Source: the human T2T-CHM13v2.0 reference genome, Homo sapiens. From it: a DNA stretch of 64,000 nt. The stretch is taken from assembly GCF_009914755.1 (NCBI RefSeq), contig NC_060938.1, one strand, 5' to 3'. The notes under the pieces were generated by a model. That model had not been told where the DNA came from, made no database searches, and was given only the letters and a program-made list of their open reading frames with translations. Below are positions 13,716-27,289 of this stretch, one piece after another (positions within the stretch are counted from its first letter, which is position 1; every line of letters starts with the position of its first letter). The translations under genes were made by a program, and so were the position numbers.

Positions 13716-14177
13716 GGGGAACTCTGAAAATCTGAAACAGGTCTCAGTTAATTTAGAAAGTTTATTTTGCCAAGGTTGAGGACACACTCCTGACAAAGCC
13801 TCAGAAAGTCATGAAAACATGTGCCCAAGGTGGTCAGGGCACAGCTTGGTTTTATACATTTTAGCGAGACATGAGACAACAATCAATGTATGTTAAGAAG
13901 TACATAGGTTTGTTCTGGAAAGGTGGAACAACTTTAAGCAAAGGCAGGAAGACTGGAAGCAGGGAGGGAGCTTCAAGGTCACGGATAAGAGATACACAAA
14001 TAATTACATTATTTAGAGGTTTTGGTTAGCTTCTCCAAAGGAGGCAATCAGATATGCATCTATCTCAGTGAGCAGAGGGGTGACTTTGAATAGAATGGGA
14101 GACAGGTTGGCCCTAAGCAGTTTCCAGCCTGAGTTTTCCTTAGTGATTTTGGGGGACCAAGATACTTTCCTTTAACA
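13716..14177 (-). mobile_element. 5' LTR (MER4A-like)
   Basis: Minus strand starts tgttaaaggaaagtatcttgg; followed by the PBS. Confidence 0.85.
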
Positions 14178-14199
14178 ACATACGAGTAAGCACATGTTT

Positions 14200-17100
14200 G
14201 AAAACAACCACAAAAGTCACCCTGGGAAGGGAGAGTCTGTCCAATACAGTGTTCAGGGAACTGGATATCCCTAAGCAAAATAACATAGGGGCCTTATTGT
14301 GCGAAATTCACAACAATTCATTCAACACGAAAGAAATACCTAAACCCAAAACTGATAAAGTCATTCTCTAAGAAGAAAGCATATAGTGTGCGGATACCAG
14401 GGTCAACTTGGATCTATGCTCATGGTTTGCAAAAAGGAAAACAGAAAAAATAAAGACGACAAAAAAAATACAAACAAGCAACAACCAAAACTCACTGGCA
14501 ACAGATTGATAAGCTAGTGAATTTCTTTAACTTCATCAGTCACCAAAGTAAGGGAAAACCAGAACACTGCACACACCTGAAACTGCATCAGACTACATGG
14601 CTTCTGGGCAAGAAAGAATGAAAAACATGAATGAAAAGAAAGAAACATACAAAGGATGATAAGAAGCATTTGGAGAAAAACACAGCTGATGAGGCATTTT
14701 TTGGAAAAGGTGTAACTAACATTACTAACTAGCAAAAAACACAACTAACATTACTAACTAGCAAAAAACACCAGAAAACAGAAATTAATTACCAAACCAA
14801 AACTGGATAAAGAAACCAAAGAGGCTTTTCTGCAAAGGACACATAAAACTGAAAATAAGTATGCTTGTTAACACCTGGTTAACACCACTAATCATGGCAA
14901 AAATGAAAATCAGAACAAGACTCAGATACTGTGCCTCTCTTGGTGGAACGATTATTACAAAGACCTTTGTGTATCTTAAAAGAAGCTGCTGTGAATTTCC
15001 AGAGAGGTTAGCTTTCTTATCCACAACTGTTAACAGGTAATTAGTATGCACACTACAGAAGCCACCTGGAGGTTCCTCAGAAAACTAAACTTACAACCAC
15101 TGAGCTGTGCTGCTACTGGAATCATATGAAATCAGTACACAGAAGACGTATCTGCCTTCCCACGCTGACTGTGGAACCAGTCGCAATAGCCAAGATAAGC
15201 AATCAACCTACCTGTCCACCCACAGAGGATGAGATCCAGAAACTGCAGTATCCAGTCACAACCAGATACTCTTCAGCCAGACACGGGTACTGAAATCAGG
15301 TCATCCGTGGCAACACTGTGGAACCTGGAGAACATTATGGTAAACAAAACACGCTAGGCAGAGAAAGACAAACCTCGCATCACTTCACTCATGAGGAATC
15401 TAGGAAACTTTATCTCACACAGACCTACAAAGCACCATCGTGCTTGCCAGGGTTGGAACAGAAGGCTGGGCAAGGGTGGGCATAGGAAACAGGTACAAAG
15501 TGACACGTTGCATGAGAGGAATGAAACCTGCTGTTCTATTCCTCAGCAGGATGACTAGGGAAAATTTTACCAAAGGGTGGTCTTCAAGACAGCCAGAAAG
15601 GAGGGTTCTCGCTCTCCTCACTCAAAGACATGAAAACTCTACCAGGCATGAAAGGATGCTAAATACCCTGATTTCATCCCTATACGATGCATGCATGGAC
15701 CCAAATGTCCCACTCGACCCTCTAATTGTACATATTTAGGACAGGGCCAATTTTGTTTCCTAAAAACAACATAAACAAACAATGCTAAAATTCCCATGGG
15801 ACCACAAAATGCCCTGAAACTCCAAAGCCATGCTGAAACACCAAACGTCAGATGGACAAAAGGCTCACTATGCAGTGAAGGGCACTGGGCTAGGTGGCTA
15901 GACACATGCAGATGGACAACACTGGAGCCTTAACTCTCGTCAGATACAAAAACTAACCCAAGGTGAATGAAAGATTTCAGCAGAATACCTCAAACTATAA
16001 AAGTCCTACAAGGAAACCTAGGACATATCTTTCTCAGTACGGGCTTTGGAAAAGCATTTAAACAAAAAGCAACAGTAAGAAAAACCAAAAGGACAAGCTG
16101 GGCCTAAGAAACTATAACACTGCCAGATAGCAAAATAAATCACTGGCACAGTAAACACACAGGCTACAGGATGGGAGAAAATGTTCCCAAACTATGCTTC
16201 TCACCAAGGTCTGATAGCCAGACTCTAATATGACCTTAAAAAAATCAAGAGGCAGAAAAACAAACCATTCAAACAATGGGTAGAGAACATGAACAAACAC
16301 CTCAACATCCCTCATCATCAGAGAAATGCAACTCTCACGAACACTGAGATACCATCTCACATCGGTCAGAATGGCCATTTGTCCTAAGTCCAAGCATTAA
16401 CATGGTGGCAAGGCAACGGAGGAAAGCAAACACTGCTACACTCTTGGTGGGAATAAAAACTAGTTCTCACACTATGAGAAGTGGTTTGGAGGTTCCACAA
16501 AGAACTTAACAACTACCATCCAAATGAGCAATCACATAACTGGGTATCTACACAAAGGAAAATAAATCATAAATCTTCCTTTCAAAATGACACAGGCATG
16601 GGTATGTTCTTGGAAGTGCTATTCACATGGAAATATAAAATAACATCGACCTATGTCCCCCCTTAACAGTTGATTACATGCTTTAAAAGTGCTATACATA
16701 GATACCACAACATCCTACACAGCTTTAAAAAAATTCATGCTCTTGACAGCAACAAGGATGGACCTGCAGGTCACTATGCTAAGCAAACTAACACAATCTA
16801 ACAGAAAACAAAATACCACATGCTCTCACTTACAGGGAAAATACCTGTAGACAATACAATGACTTTGTGATCTCTTTTTTCTCTCTCTGATTGGACACAG
16901 AAATCCCTGCTGACAAAAGCAAATAAAAAACTGTGAGACCAACACTTTAGAGCTTCTGCATGGGGGAGAAAACAATGAACCTAAAGAGAAAGCATCTTAC
17001 CTTGGCGGAAAGGATGATTGGGTTAAAATTGTGGAGAATCGTGATTTTGGAAGGGGTTGTTATCTAACATATGCAAGCACTAAAGCTACTAAGTGGGGAA

Positions 17101-18740
17101 AAGATTAAAAAAATACACAAGCTAAAAATATGCAAAGGACCTGCACAATCACTTCTGCAAAGGACATGAAACTGATTCACAGGTGAAAAAAAAGATTCTC
17201 CACATCACTAATCACTCCAAACATGTAAGTCAGAATCACACTCCAATATCAGATACCATCAAACTCCACTGAGAATATTACCAAAAACAGGAATAACATT
17301 TTTGGAAGGTAGCAGCCAGTGTAGACTTACAGAAAGGGAAACTCTTATACGCTATTGATGCCAATGTGAATTAGTGAATACACTGTGAAAAAGTTGGGAT
17401 GTTCCTCACACTGCGTATGCATTTAAAGCAAAGGAAACCGGTACCTTAAGGAGTTACCTGCCTTCCCATGTTTCATGACAGTATTCGCAATATAGAAGAT
17501 ATGGAATCAACCTACCTGTCCATCCATAGATGAAGGGATGAAGAAACTGCAGTATATCTGCACAACACAATACTCTTCATCCATAATTAATGTAATTTTC
17601 ATTTGGAGCCATATGGATGAACCTGGAAAATATGTTAAATAAAATAAGCCAAGCATAGAAAAATAACCACAGATTCATCTCACTTATATGGAATCCAGAA
17701 AACTTTGCCTTGGATAAGTAGTGGTTTTCTGAGGAGAGGGGAAGGAGGGAATGGGAGGATTGGTTGTGGAAACAAAGTTGCAGTTAGTTGGGACAGATAC
17801 ATTCTTGTGCTCTATACCACAGCTCCGTGATTCTGGTTAATACTATATTTTTCAAAAAAGCCACAGGGAGCAATTCCAATGTTTTCACAAAAGAATAATA
17901 CCTGTATGAGAGAACAGATATGCCAAGTACCCTGATTTGATCATTACTAAAAATATACATGAATCAAAATGTGCCAGAGGAAAAACAGTCCTAGCAGACT
18001 CTCTAATTATATACTTTACTATGCACAGAAATTTAAGAAACGTGAATACACAATGCTGATGATCACATGGAACCACAAATGGCCCTGAATGTCTAAGGAA
18101 TCCTGAGAAATAGAAACTAAGTTGGAGGACTCACAATCCCTGATATGCCGCTGTGCTCCAGCCTGGGTGAGAGAATGAAACTCTGTCTCAAAAAAATTGT
18201 TAGAACATTTGAAGGAAACATAGAAGTGATAACTACAAGGACTCTGTCACTCAGGCTGGAATGCAGTGGCATGATCATGGCTCACTGCAGACTTGACCTC
18301 TCTGGCACAACTGATCCTCCCACTTCTGCCTCCTGAATAGCTGGAACTACAGGCACACACCACCACGCCTGGCTAATTTCTTTGTATTTTTTGTAGAGAT
18401 GAACTTTTGCCATGTTGCCTAGGCTGGTCTCAAATTCTTTGGCTCAAGTGATCTGCCCACCTTGGCCTTGCAAAGTGCTTGGATTACAGGCACCAGCCAT
18501 TATGCCTGGCCATAAGAAAACATGCATGGCTACATCAAAGTGAAAAGTTTTTGCAAGGAAAAGGAAACAATGAACCCAAAAAGAAAGGCTGGGAGAATGT
18601 TTTGAGGAATCACGAATCGGCTAAGGGGTTGTTATGGAAAATATACAACACATTAACAGTACTAAGTAGCAACAAAAAAACCAATGATCCATCCAAAAAT
18701 GAGCAGGGACCCTGAATAGACATTTCTGCAAAGAGGACAG
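14200..18740 (+). mobile_element. Array of degenerate L1 3' modules, with Alu pieces at 18145-18511
   Basis: Repeated L1 remnants (aatcaacctacctgtcca, gaacctggagaacattatg, ctcacttatatggaatc). Confidence 0.7.
18241..18511 (-). mobile_element. Alu (AluJ-like)
   Basis: caggctggaatgcagtggcatgatcatggctcactgcag ... ggattacaggc. Confidence 0.9.
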
Positions 18741-18875
18741 TAAACCTCACTCAAGGTCCCTTCCCCCAGTCAGGTGGCCATGACTAGAGGGACAGAGTTA
18801 GGCAGGCACTGCAGGGAGTGGAGAAATGTGACCCCTACGTCCCGACAGCAGGGATACAGATTTAAAATTTCACCA

Positions 18876-19180
18876 GACCGGGTGCAGTAGTTAATGCCTG
18901 TAATCCCAGCACTTTGGGAAGTTGAGGCGCGAGGACTGCTTTGAGCTCAGAAGTTTGAGACAAGCCCAAGCAACATGGCGAAACCCTGTTGCTACCAAAA
19001 ATACAAAAAAAAAAAAAAATAGCTGGGCATGGTGGCATAGGCCAAAATACTGTTGAGGCTGAGGCTGGAGAATCCCTTGAGCCCAGAAAATGGAGGTTGC
19101 AGTGAGCTGAGATCCACCACTGCACTCCAGCCCAGGCAACAGAGCAAGACTGTATCTCCAAAAAATAAAAATAAAAACAA
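18876..19180 (+). mobile_element. Alu (AluJ-like)
   Basis: gcctgtaatcccagcactttggga ... gagcaagactgtatctcc plus A-tail. Confidence 0.9.
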
Positions 19181-20446
19181 TTAAAAAATCAGCAAACCCT
19201 GGAGGTTAAGTTGGATCCTTTCCTTCCATCCGAGGCTTGAAAGCAAAGCAGCCAAACTGGGGCCTGGCCCCAAAACCCCACCTGGGCCAGGCTTCCCCTT
19301 CCTCCCACAGCCAGAGCTTTCCTCTCCACCTACATGGGGAGTCTCCCTCAGAAACAGCCCTAAAGCCTCCCACACATTCCAACCTCAAAAGCCCTCAGGG
19401 AATGAGTACTACTGTAAAATTAATGGCAAGATATCAAGAGAGAAAAAAGGAATGAGAATCTAGCAGAAATACACAGAACATTCCACAAAACGAAAGCTTC
19501 TGTACTCACCATGAAAGAAAAACGCCCCAAAGAAGCTGGGCCACGGAGAAGCCACGCCAAAGCACTGTCCTCAGCAGTTAGCACCATGGACAGGAGGTGT
19601 TTCTTCCCCAGGATGCGCCCTCAAGTTATCCCAAAGCTGCTGCAGCACCTGGTGGCTCCTGATAATTCTAAAATTCATATGGGAAAAAAAAAAACGAGCC
19701 CACATAGCCAAAGCAAGACTAAGCAGAAAGAACAAATCTGGAGGCATTACATTACCTGACTTCAATCTATACTACAAACCCATAGTCAGCAAAACAGCAT
19801 AATACTGGTATAAAAATAAGCACATAGACCAATGAAACATAATAGAGAACCCAGAAGTAAACTCAAATACTTACAGCCAACTGGTCTTTGACAAAGCAAA
19901 CAATATAAAGTGGGGAAAGAACACCCTACTCAACATATGGTGCTTGGATAATTGGCAAGCTACATCCCAAGAAATGAAACTGAATTCCCATCTCTTACCT
20001 TATACAAAAGTCAACTTAAATCTGAGACCTGCAACCATAAAAATTCTAGAAGGTAACATTGGAAAACCCCTTCTACACATTGGCTTAGGCAGAGACTTCA
20101 TGACCAAGAACCCAAAAGCAAGTGCAACAACAACAAAATGAAGATTAAAAGGTGAGACTTAATCAAGCCAAAACGTTTTGGCACAGCAAAAGAAACAATA
20201 AGCAGAGTAAACAGACAACCCATGGAATGGGAGAAAATCTTCACAATCTATACGTCTGAGAAAGGACTAATAACCAGAATCTACAAGGTACTCAAATTAA
20301 CAGGAAAAAAACCAATCCCTTCAAATAATGGGCTAAGGACTTGAATAGACAATTCTCAAAAGGAGATATAAAAAATGGCCAACAAACATGAAAAAATGCT
20401 CATCATCACTAAAGATCAGGGAAATGCAAATCAAAACCACAATGTC

Positions 20447-20754
<308 letters not shown>

Positions 20755-21124
20755 CTATGCCAGCTTACTCTGGCAAGAATGACCATAATCAAAACAGCAA
20801 AAAATAAAAAATATTGGGGGGCATTTGGTGAAAAGGGAACACTTTTATACTGCTAGTGGTAATGTAAACCAGTACAACCACTATAGTAAACAGTGTGGAG
20901 ATTTCTTAAAGAACTAAAAGTAGAACTACCATTTAATCCAGCAATTCCATTACTGGGTATCTACCCAGAGGGGAAAAGAAGTCACTATATAAAAAAGATG
21001 CTTGCACACACAAGTTTATAACAGCACAATTCACAATAGCAGAAATATGTAACCAGCCCAAATGCCCATCAATGAGTAGATTAAGAAATTGTGATATACA
21101 TCATGGAATACTATTCAGCCATAA

Positions 21125-21486
<362 letters not shown>

Positions 21487-21789
21487 GATCAGAGACTATC
21501 ATTCTAAGTGAAGTAACGTTAAGAATGGAAAAGCACACATCGGATGCTCTCGCTAATAAGAGGGAGCTAAGCTATGAGGATGCAAAGGCATTAGAATACT
21601 ACAACGGACTTTGGGACTTGGGAGAAAAGGTGGGAGGGGGTGAGGAATTAAAGACTACAAATTGTATACAGTGTATACTGCACAGGTGTTGGGTCCACCA
21701 AAATCTCAGGAATCACCTTGAAAGAACTTACTCACATAATCAAACACCACCTGTTCCCCAAAACCCTATGGAAATACAAGAACTTTTTG

Positions 21790-23115
21790 TTTATGCATAC
21801 CACATATTTTTAAACTTTTTTCACAGGTTCATTGAGATATAATTTATGTATTATTTAATTCACTCAATTAAAGTATAAAACTCAGGTTTTTTTAGTGTAT
21901 TAACTGGGTGCATAAACAATCACAATATAATTTTAGAACACTTTTATGCTCCTTATAAGAAACCTTGCACCCGTTAGCAATCTTTTCCCATTTTCCCCAC
22001 TCTTCCTTTAAAACCCTCCCAGCCCTAGGCAATCATCCATCTACTTCCTAAGGATTTGCCAATTCTGGAAGGATTTGCCTATTCTGGACATTTCATGTAA
22101 GTGGAATCGTAATAATATATAGTTATGTGTGACTCACTACTTTCACTTATCATTTTTTCAATGTTCATCCTTTTTGGAGCATCTATTAATACCGTTTTCT
22201 TTTTCATTGCCAAATAATATTTTATTTTATGGACAGATCACATTTTATTAATCCACTCCTCAACTGATGGACATTTCTGTTGTTTCCTACTTTTTGTTGC
22301 CATAAACAGTTGTATGCTACTTTTTGTGTAAGGCATTTGTTTTAATTCCTTTTTGCTGTATACATAGGAGTTAATTTACTGAGTCGTGATAATTCTATAC
22401 TTAACCTTTTGAAGAACAGTTTCATTTTTCTGCACGTGGCTTGCCAATTATGCCAGCACCAAATAGGGCATCTTTTCCCACTTTATGTTTTGTTTGCTTT
22501 GTCAAAGATTAGGTATAGTCTGATGCCTCCAGGTTTGTTCTTTTTGCTCAAGATTGCTTTGGTTTTTCAGGGTCTTTTGTGGTTCCATTCAGATTTTAGG
22601 ACTAATTTTTCTATTTCTGTGAAAAATGACATTGGAGTTTGATAGTGGTTGCATTTAATCTGTAGACTGCTTTCGGTAGCATTGAAATGTTGACAATATT
22701 AATTTTTTCAATTTATAAATATAGGATGTTTATGTCACTTTCAATTTCTTTCATCAATGTGCTATAATTTTCAGTATACACATCATTCACATCCTTCATT
22801 AAAATTACTCCTTGGCCTTTTATTTATTTATATATTTGTTTTGATGCTATTATAAACGGAATTACTTTATTAATTTATTTTTCAGATAATAGTTTATCAT
22901 CGGTGTATAAAAACAAGAATACTATTTGTATGTTAATTTTGTAACTCTCAACTTTGTTGAATATAGTGTTTATCAGCTTTAATGGGTTTTTTTGGTGGAG
23001 TCTAAGATTTTCCCTATGTTAAAAGATTACATTTTCAGAAAACAGAGACAATCTCACCCCTTCCTTTCCTATTTAGATGCTTTTCCTTTCTTTGCCTTGT
23101 ATAATTACTCTGGCT
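21790..23115 (-). mobile_element. Old L1 fragments (L1M)
   Basis: tattctggacatttcatgtaagtggaatc, ctgatggacattt, gatgcctccaggtttgttctttttgctc. Confidence 0.75.
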
Positions 23116-24041
23116 AGTCAATTACATATAACGTTTTCAGCATTTGCAATTTGACATCAAATCTATCTGTTGTAATACACTGATTGTTACTTTTCAACTC
23201 GAAAACCTGGACATTTATCAATACTCTCCCTTTCTCTTGATCTAGTTCTTATAAAAAAAAACTATCAATGTAAACCAGGATAGATATTTTTCTGTAAAAC
23301 AACTTCAACAGCACTAAAAAATTTTAATCTAACAATTTTTAAACTTTCTATGTCAATGATATTAAACTGTGGTCTCTCAAAACAAATCCAATACCTTTAG
23401 TAGGAAAAATTATGTTAATTCCTACACTATCAATGGGTCCAGCCAAGAGTTGACCAAAGATGATATTAATAGATATGCTTATTTATTACCTTGTTCTCAC
23501 AGTTCCAGTGTAAGTCTTGAAAATCTAATAAAAATTTGTAAAGACTATAATTGCACAAACTCCCTCTCTCATGAGTCACACAGTTAATCCAGAATATTAT
23601 TTCTAAGTTATTATAAAACCAACAAGGAAATATGATGTAGTGTATAAAAAGAATAATCCCAATTTTATAAGTATATTCTATAAGTGAAACATGTAATTGA
23701 TACTATTTACTAAATATCTCAATTACATTTATTTACATAGAAATGAAAGAATCAAAAGCATTATCTATTATTCAATATTTAAATGACTAAAAATACTTGA
23801 AATAGCATTGCTACATAAATGCTATATAAATGCTGACAAAAGGAAAAATGTCATTCCCTGCATTTGCTGAATACATTGTGACACATTAGAAGTAGTTTTA
23901 AAATATATCACTAATGGTTGGGTCAAGTCAGCAAAAACTATTCTAAGTACTTAATTGTGGAAATATTTAGTACAGGGGATAGTATTCATGTGACGGAAGG
24001 ATTTTAAATGGAACCCAGAGATTAGCAGCAGCAGGAAGTTT
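22515..24041 (+). repeat. Copy 2 of the direct duplication (no Alu; includes the 5' part of the IAP-like relic)
   Basis: Colinear with 1433-3170. Confidence 0.92.
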
Positions 24042-24049
24042 TAATTACA

Positions 24050-25010
24050 TACCAGGTGCAGAGTTTAGGATTCAAGACGGAACCGTAGATAAAGTCTGAC
24101 TCTTTCCAGCATAGCTAGGAGACATGGCTAACTCCACCTGTCTGGAGGCCTTACCTAGAAATCTAACGGCTCCAAACCAGATAAACAGAACTATTTTCCA
24201 AAGTCAAACAATCAATTCATGACATTAAAGCACTTCTGAACTTTGACTTAAATTAGACCAAATGGATGAATTTTGAAGATATTTTTATTTTACCAATGAT
24301 TTTAACACTGTCTTTACTTCCCCAAGATTACTGAACTCACATGAAATAAAAGGCATTAGAGCTTCTGTTTTTCTGACAAAATATTTAAGAGCTTTCATTT
24401 TCTTTTAAGCCGAGCCACTAGAGCTCCTTTATATATACATCACATACACAACACTTCTAGACAGAAAAAGATCTAGCAGCTGTTAAGATTTTCTTTCCCA
24501 TTTCATGAACCATAACACAACTTCCACAGACCATCTATGACATGATTAAACTTTCTGACCTGTCCTGTATTTTCCTCTTTCGTAATTAGTCATTCTACTT
24601 TAGGACAACAATTTGCCATATAAGATCCTCTCTCATACAACATTTCTTTCCTTCATAACTTTTCTTACCATCAATACATCTTCACATCTACAACTTTCTT
24701 TAGATCTCTCTCCCCTACTAATTTCTGATGTCCACCTAAACCAAAAAGGTCAGATAACGCAAGGCAAAACAGAGGAGAGCCTTAGGTTTTGAGAAGGACC
24801 TGTCTGCTTAAAGTTCTTGGGGTTCCATGAGGAAAACAGAGTTTCTCCTAAAATGGGGTTTGTCGAACCTTCTATTTTTCCTTAAGGAGTCCCAGGCTGT
24901 CAGAAATTACCTTAGATCCTCTCATGTGAGCATCAAGAGTGGCAACAAGACAGACAAGGGAAATAATTCGGACAACTGAGCAGAAAAAGAAAAACTTACT
25001 ACTGTCCCCA
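24050..25010 (-). mobile_element. ERV1 (MER4-group) internal fragment
   Basis: Shares motifs with the MER4-int above (attcggacaactgag ~ aattcggtcaactgag; tttattttaccaatgattttaa). Confidence 0.55.
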
Positions 25011-25777
25011 CCATAAAGATGGATAAACTGAGGCACCATGCAGTTTAAAAATTCATGTTCACATAGAGTTAGGCTCCACAGCTCACTCTCTTACCATCCT
25101 GCAATTTTGCCAACTCTATGCCCAGTCACTGATGCCCCTGTATGGTAGCTCATGGTCCCCTAGGAACTTAGAACCTGAGTTTCATTCCTGCTCTACAGCT
25201 ATATAATTTTACAATTTTCCTCTGAATTTGTTGGATTCTAACCCTGTGTATCTCAAATTTTATTAATATTACTGAACCTTAAAGGGGGCTGTGATGACTT
25301 TTGTCTTCAGAAATATTAAACCTACAAACAAGGACTATATGAGGTTAAACAGTATTCAAATTCCTATATGCTTTAAAACATGGATGCAATTTATTGAGAA
25401 ACACACCTACGAAACTGCACCCAATCAACTCTGGACAAACATTTAGATATTATCTCTTCAATATAAGCTATCTAGTGGTAATTAGACATATTCTTCCATA
25501 TATCAACAGTATCTTACATGCTCATAACCTTAAACATAACTGAAAAGTGTCCAAATTACAGGCCTTACACATTACTGTGGGCTTGAAAAATAATATAGAT
25601 TGTCTTTAAAGCAGGCAAGAAAATGTATAAACTTCCAGAAGAATGAGTAAAAATAAAAATAAAAAAACGGTTCACACCAAAGGTAGTAATACTAGGAATA
25701 AAAGAGGGTTCAACACTGCAGGTTCTTAGAGGCAAAAGTTAATAAAGCCTTGTTTTTGGTTGTGACTCTTTGCCTTA

Positions 25778-26506
<729 letters not shown>

Positions 26507-26700
26507 GAAAATGGTGGCAGACAAATAAAATGAAGAGAATACAGTTCACTTAATAATCTCATAAATTGGAACTTATTACCCCGGTGACTCTTGCATAGCT
26601 CCAGATAAATATGTGACAGAAATGAAATGGCTGTTTGCTACCGATATTTTATGTGATGCTTCATTTTTGATTCCTTGAGTAACTACTTACAACGCATTAG

Positions 26701-26840
26701 CCCACTTATGCAAGAGGCTGCAATTTTTTGAATTTTTGCATGAGTGAAAAATCAGACCTTGTCAATGACCTTGGGCAGTAGGATGTAAGTTAATTCCTCA
26801 TGCTCAGTATTCCAATAATGGAACACTAGGCATAAGTGGG
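26701..26840. mobile_element. MER85 piggyBac (PGBD3-family) MITE, full length 140 bp
   Basis: TIRs cccacttatgc/gcataagtggg, flanked by ttag/ttaa; internal palindrome attccaataatggaac (26809-26824). Confidence 0.9.
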
Positions 26841-27289
26841 TTAACACGATCATGAAAGCATACCTATTCAAGTGACTAATACAACTGATTTTTTTTCTCA
26901 TCTCTAAAACACAGTAAGGGACCATTTATTTTAAAAATACAACACAGGGACCAGTAGTTTCTTTTTAACTCAGTTTCGGTTTGTTGTTTGTTAAGGCCAT
27001 TGCTTGGCATAAAGAAAATTTAAAAAGGAGGATAAACCACAATAGAAACATGAAATAGAAGCAGCAGCAAAAGAAAATAAAGAGAAACAAGAAGATGAGA
27101 AGAAGACAATACAGACTAGAAGAAAGAAAAAAGAACAGGTGTGGGAAGTAGAAGGCCTATTATGATACCTTTTATCCCCTCCCCAATTCATGAAATTTGA
27201 AAAAGTCAGAGACTATCACAACAAAAAAGAAACAAAAAAGATACACAAATAGTCACCCCCTAAGTTTTGTTAAGAATAAGAAAATCCTG

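Larger units (their letters stand above)
7629..14177 (-). mobile_element. MER4-group ERV1 provirus (MER4A/MER4A1-like LTRs plus non-coding MER4-int)
   Basis: Two direct LTRs (~7629-8064 and ~13716-14177). PPT aaaaggggggaa (minus) precedes the left LTR; PBS-like tttggtaaccacgag (minus) follows the right LTR. Confidence 0.85.
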
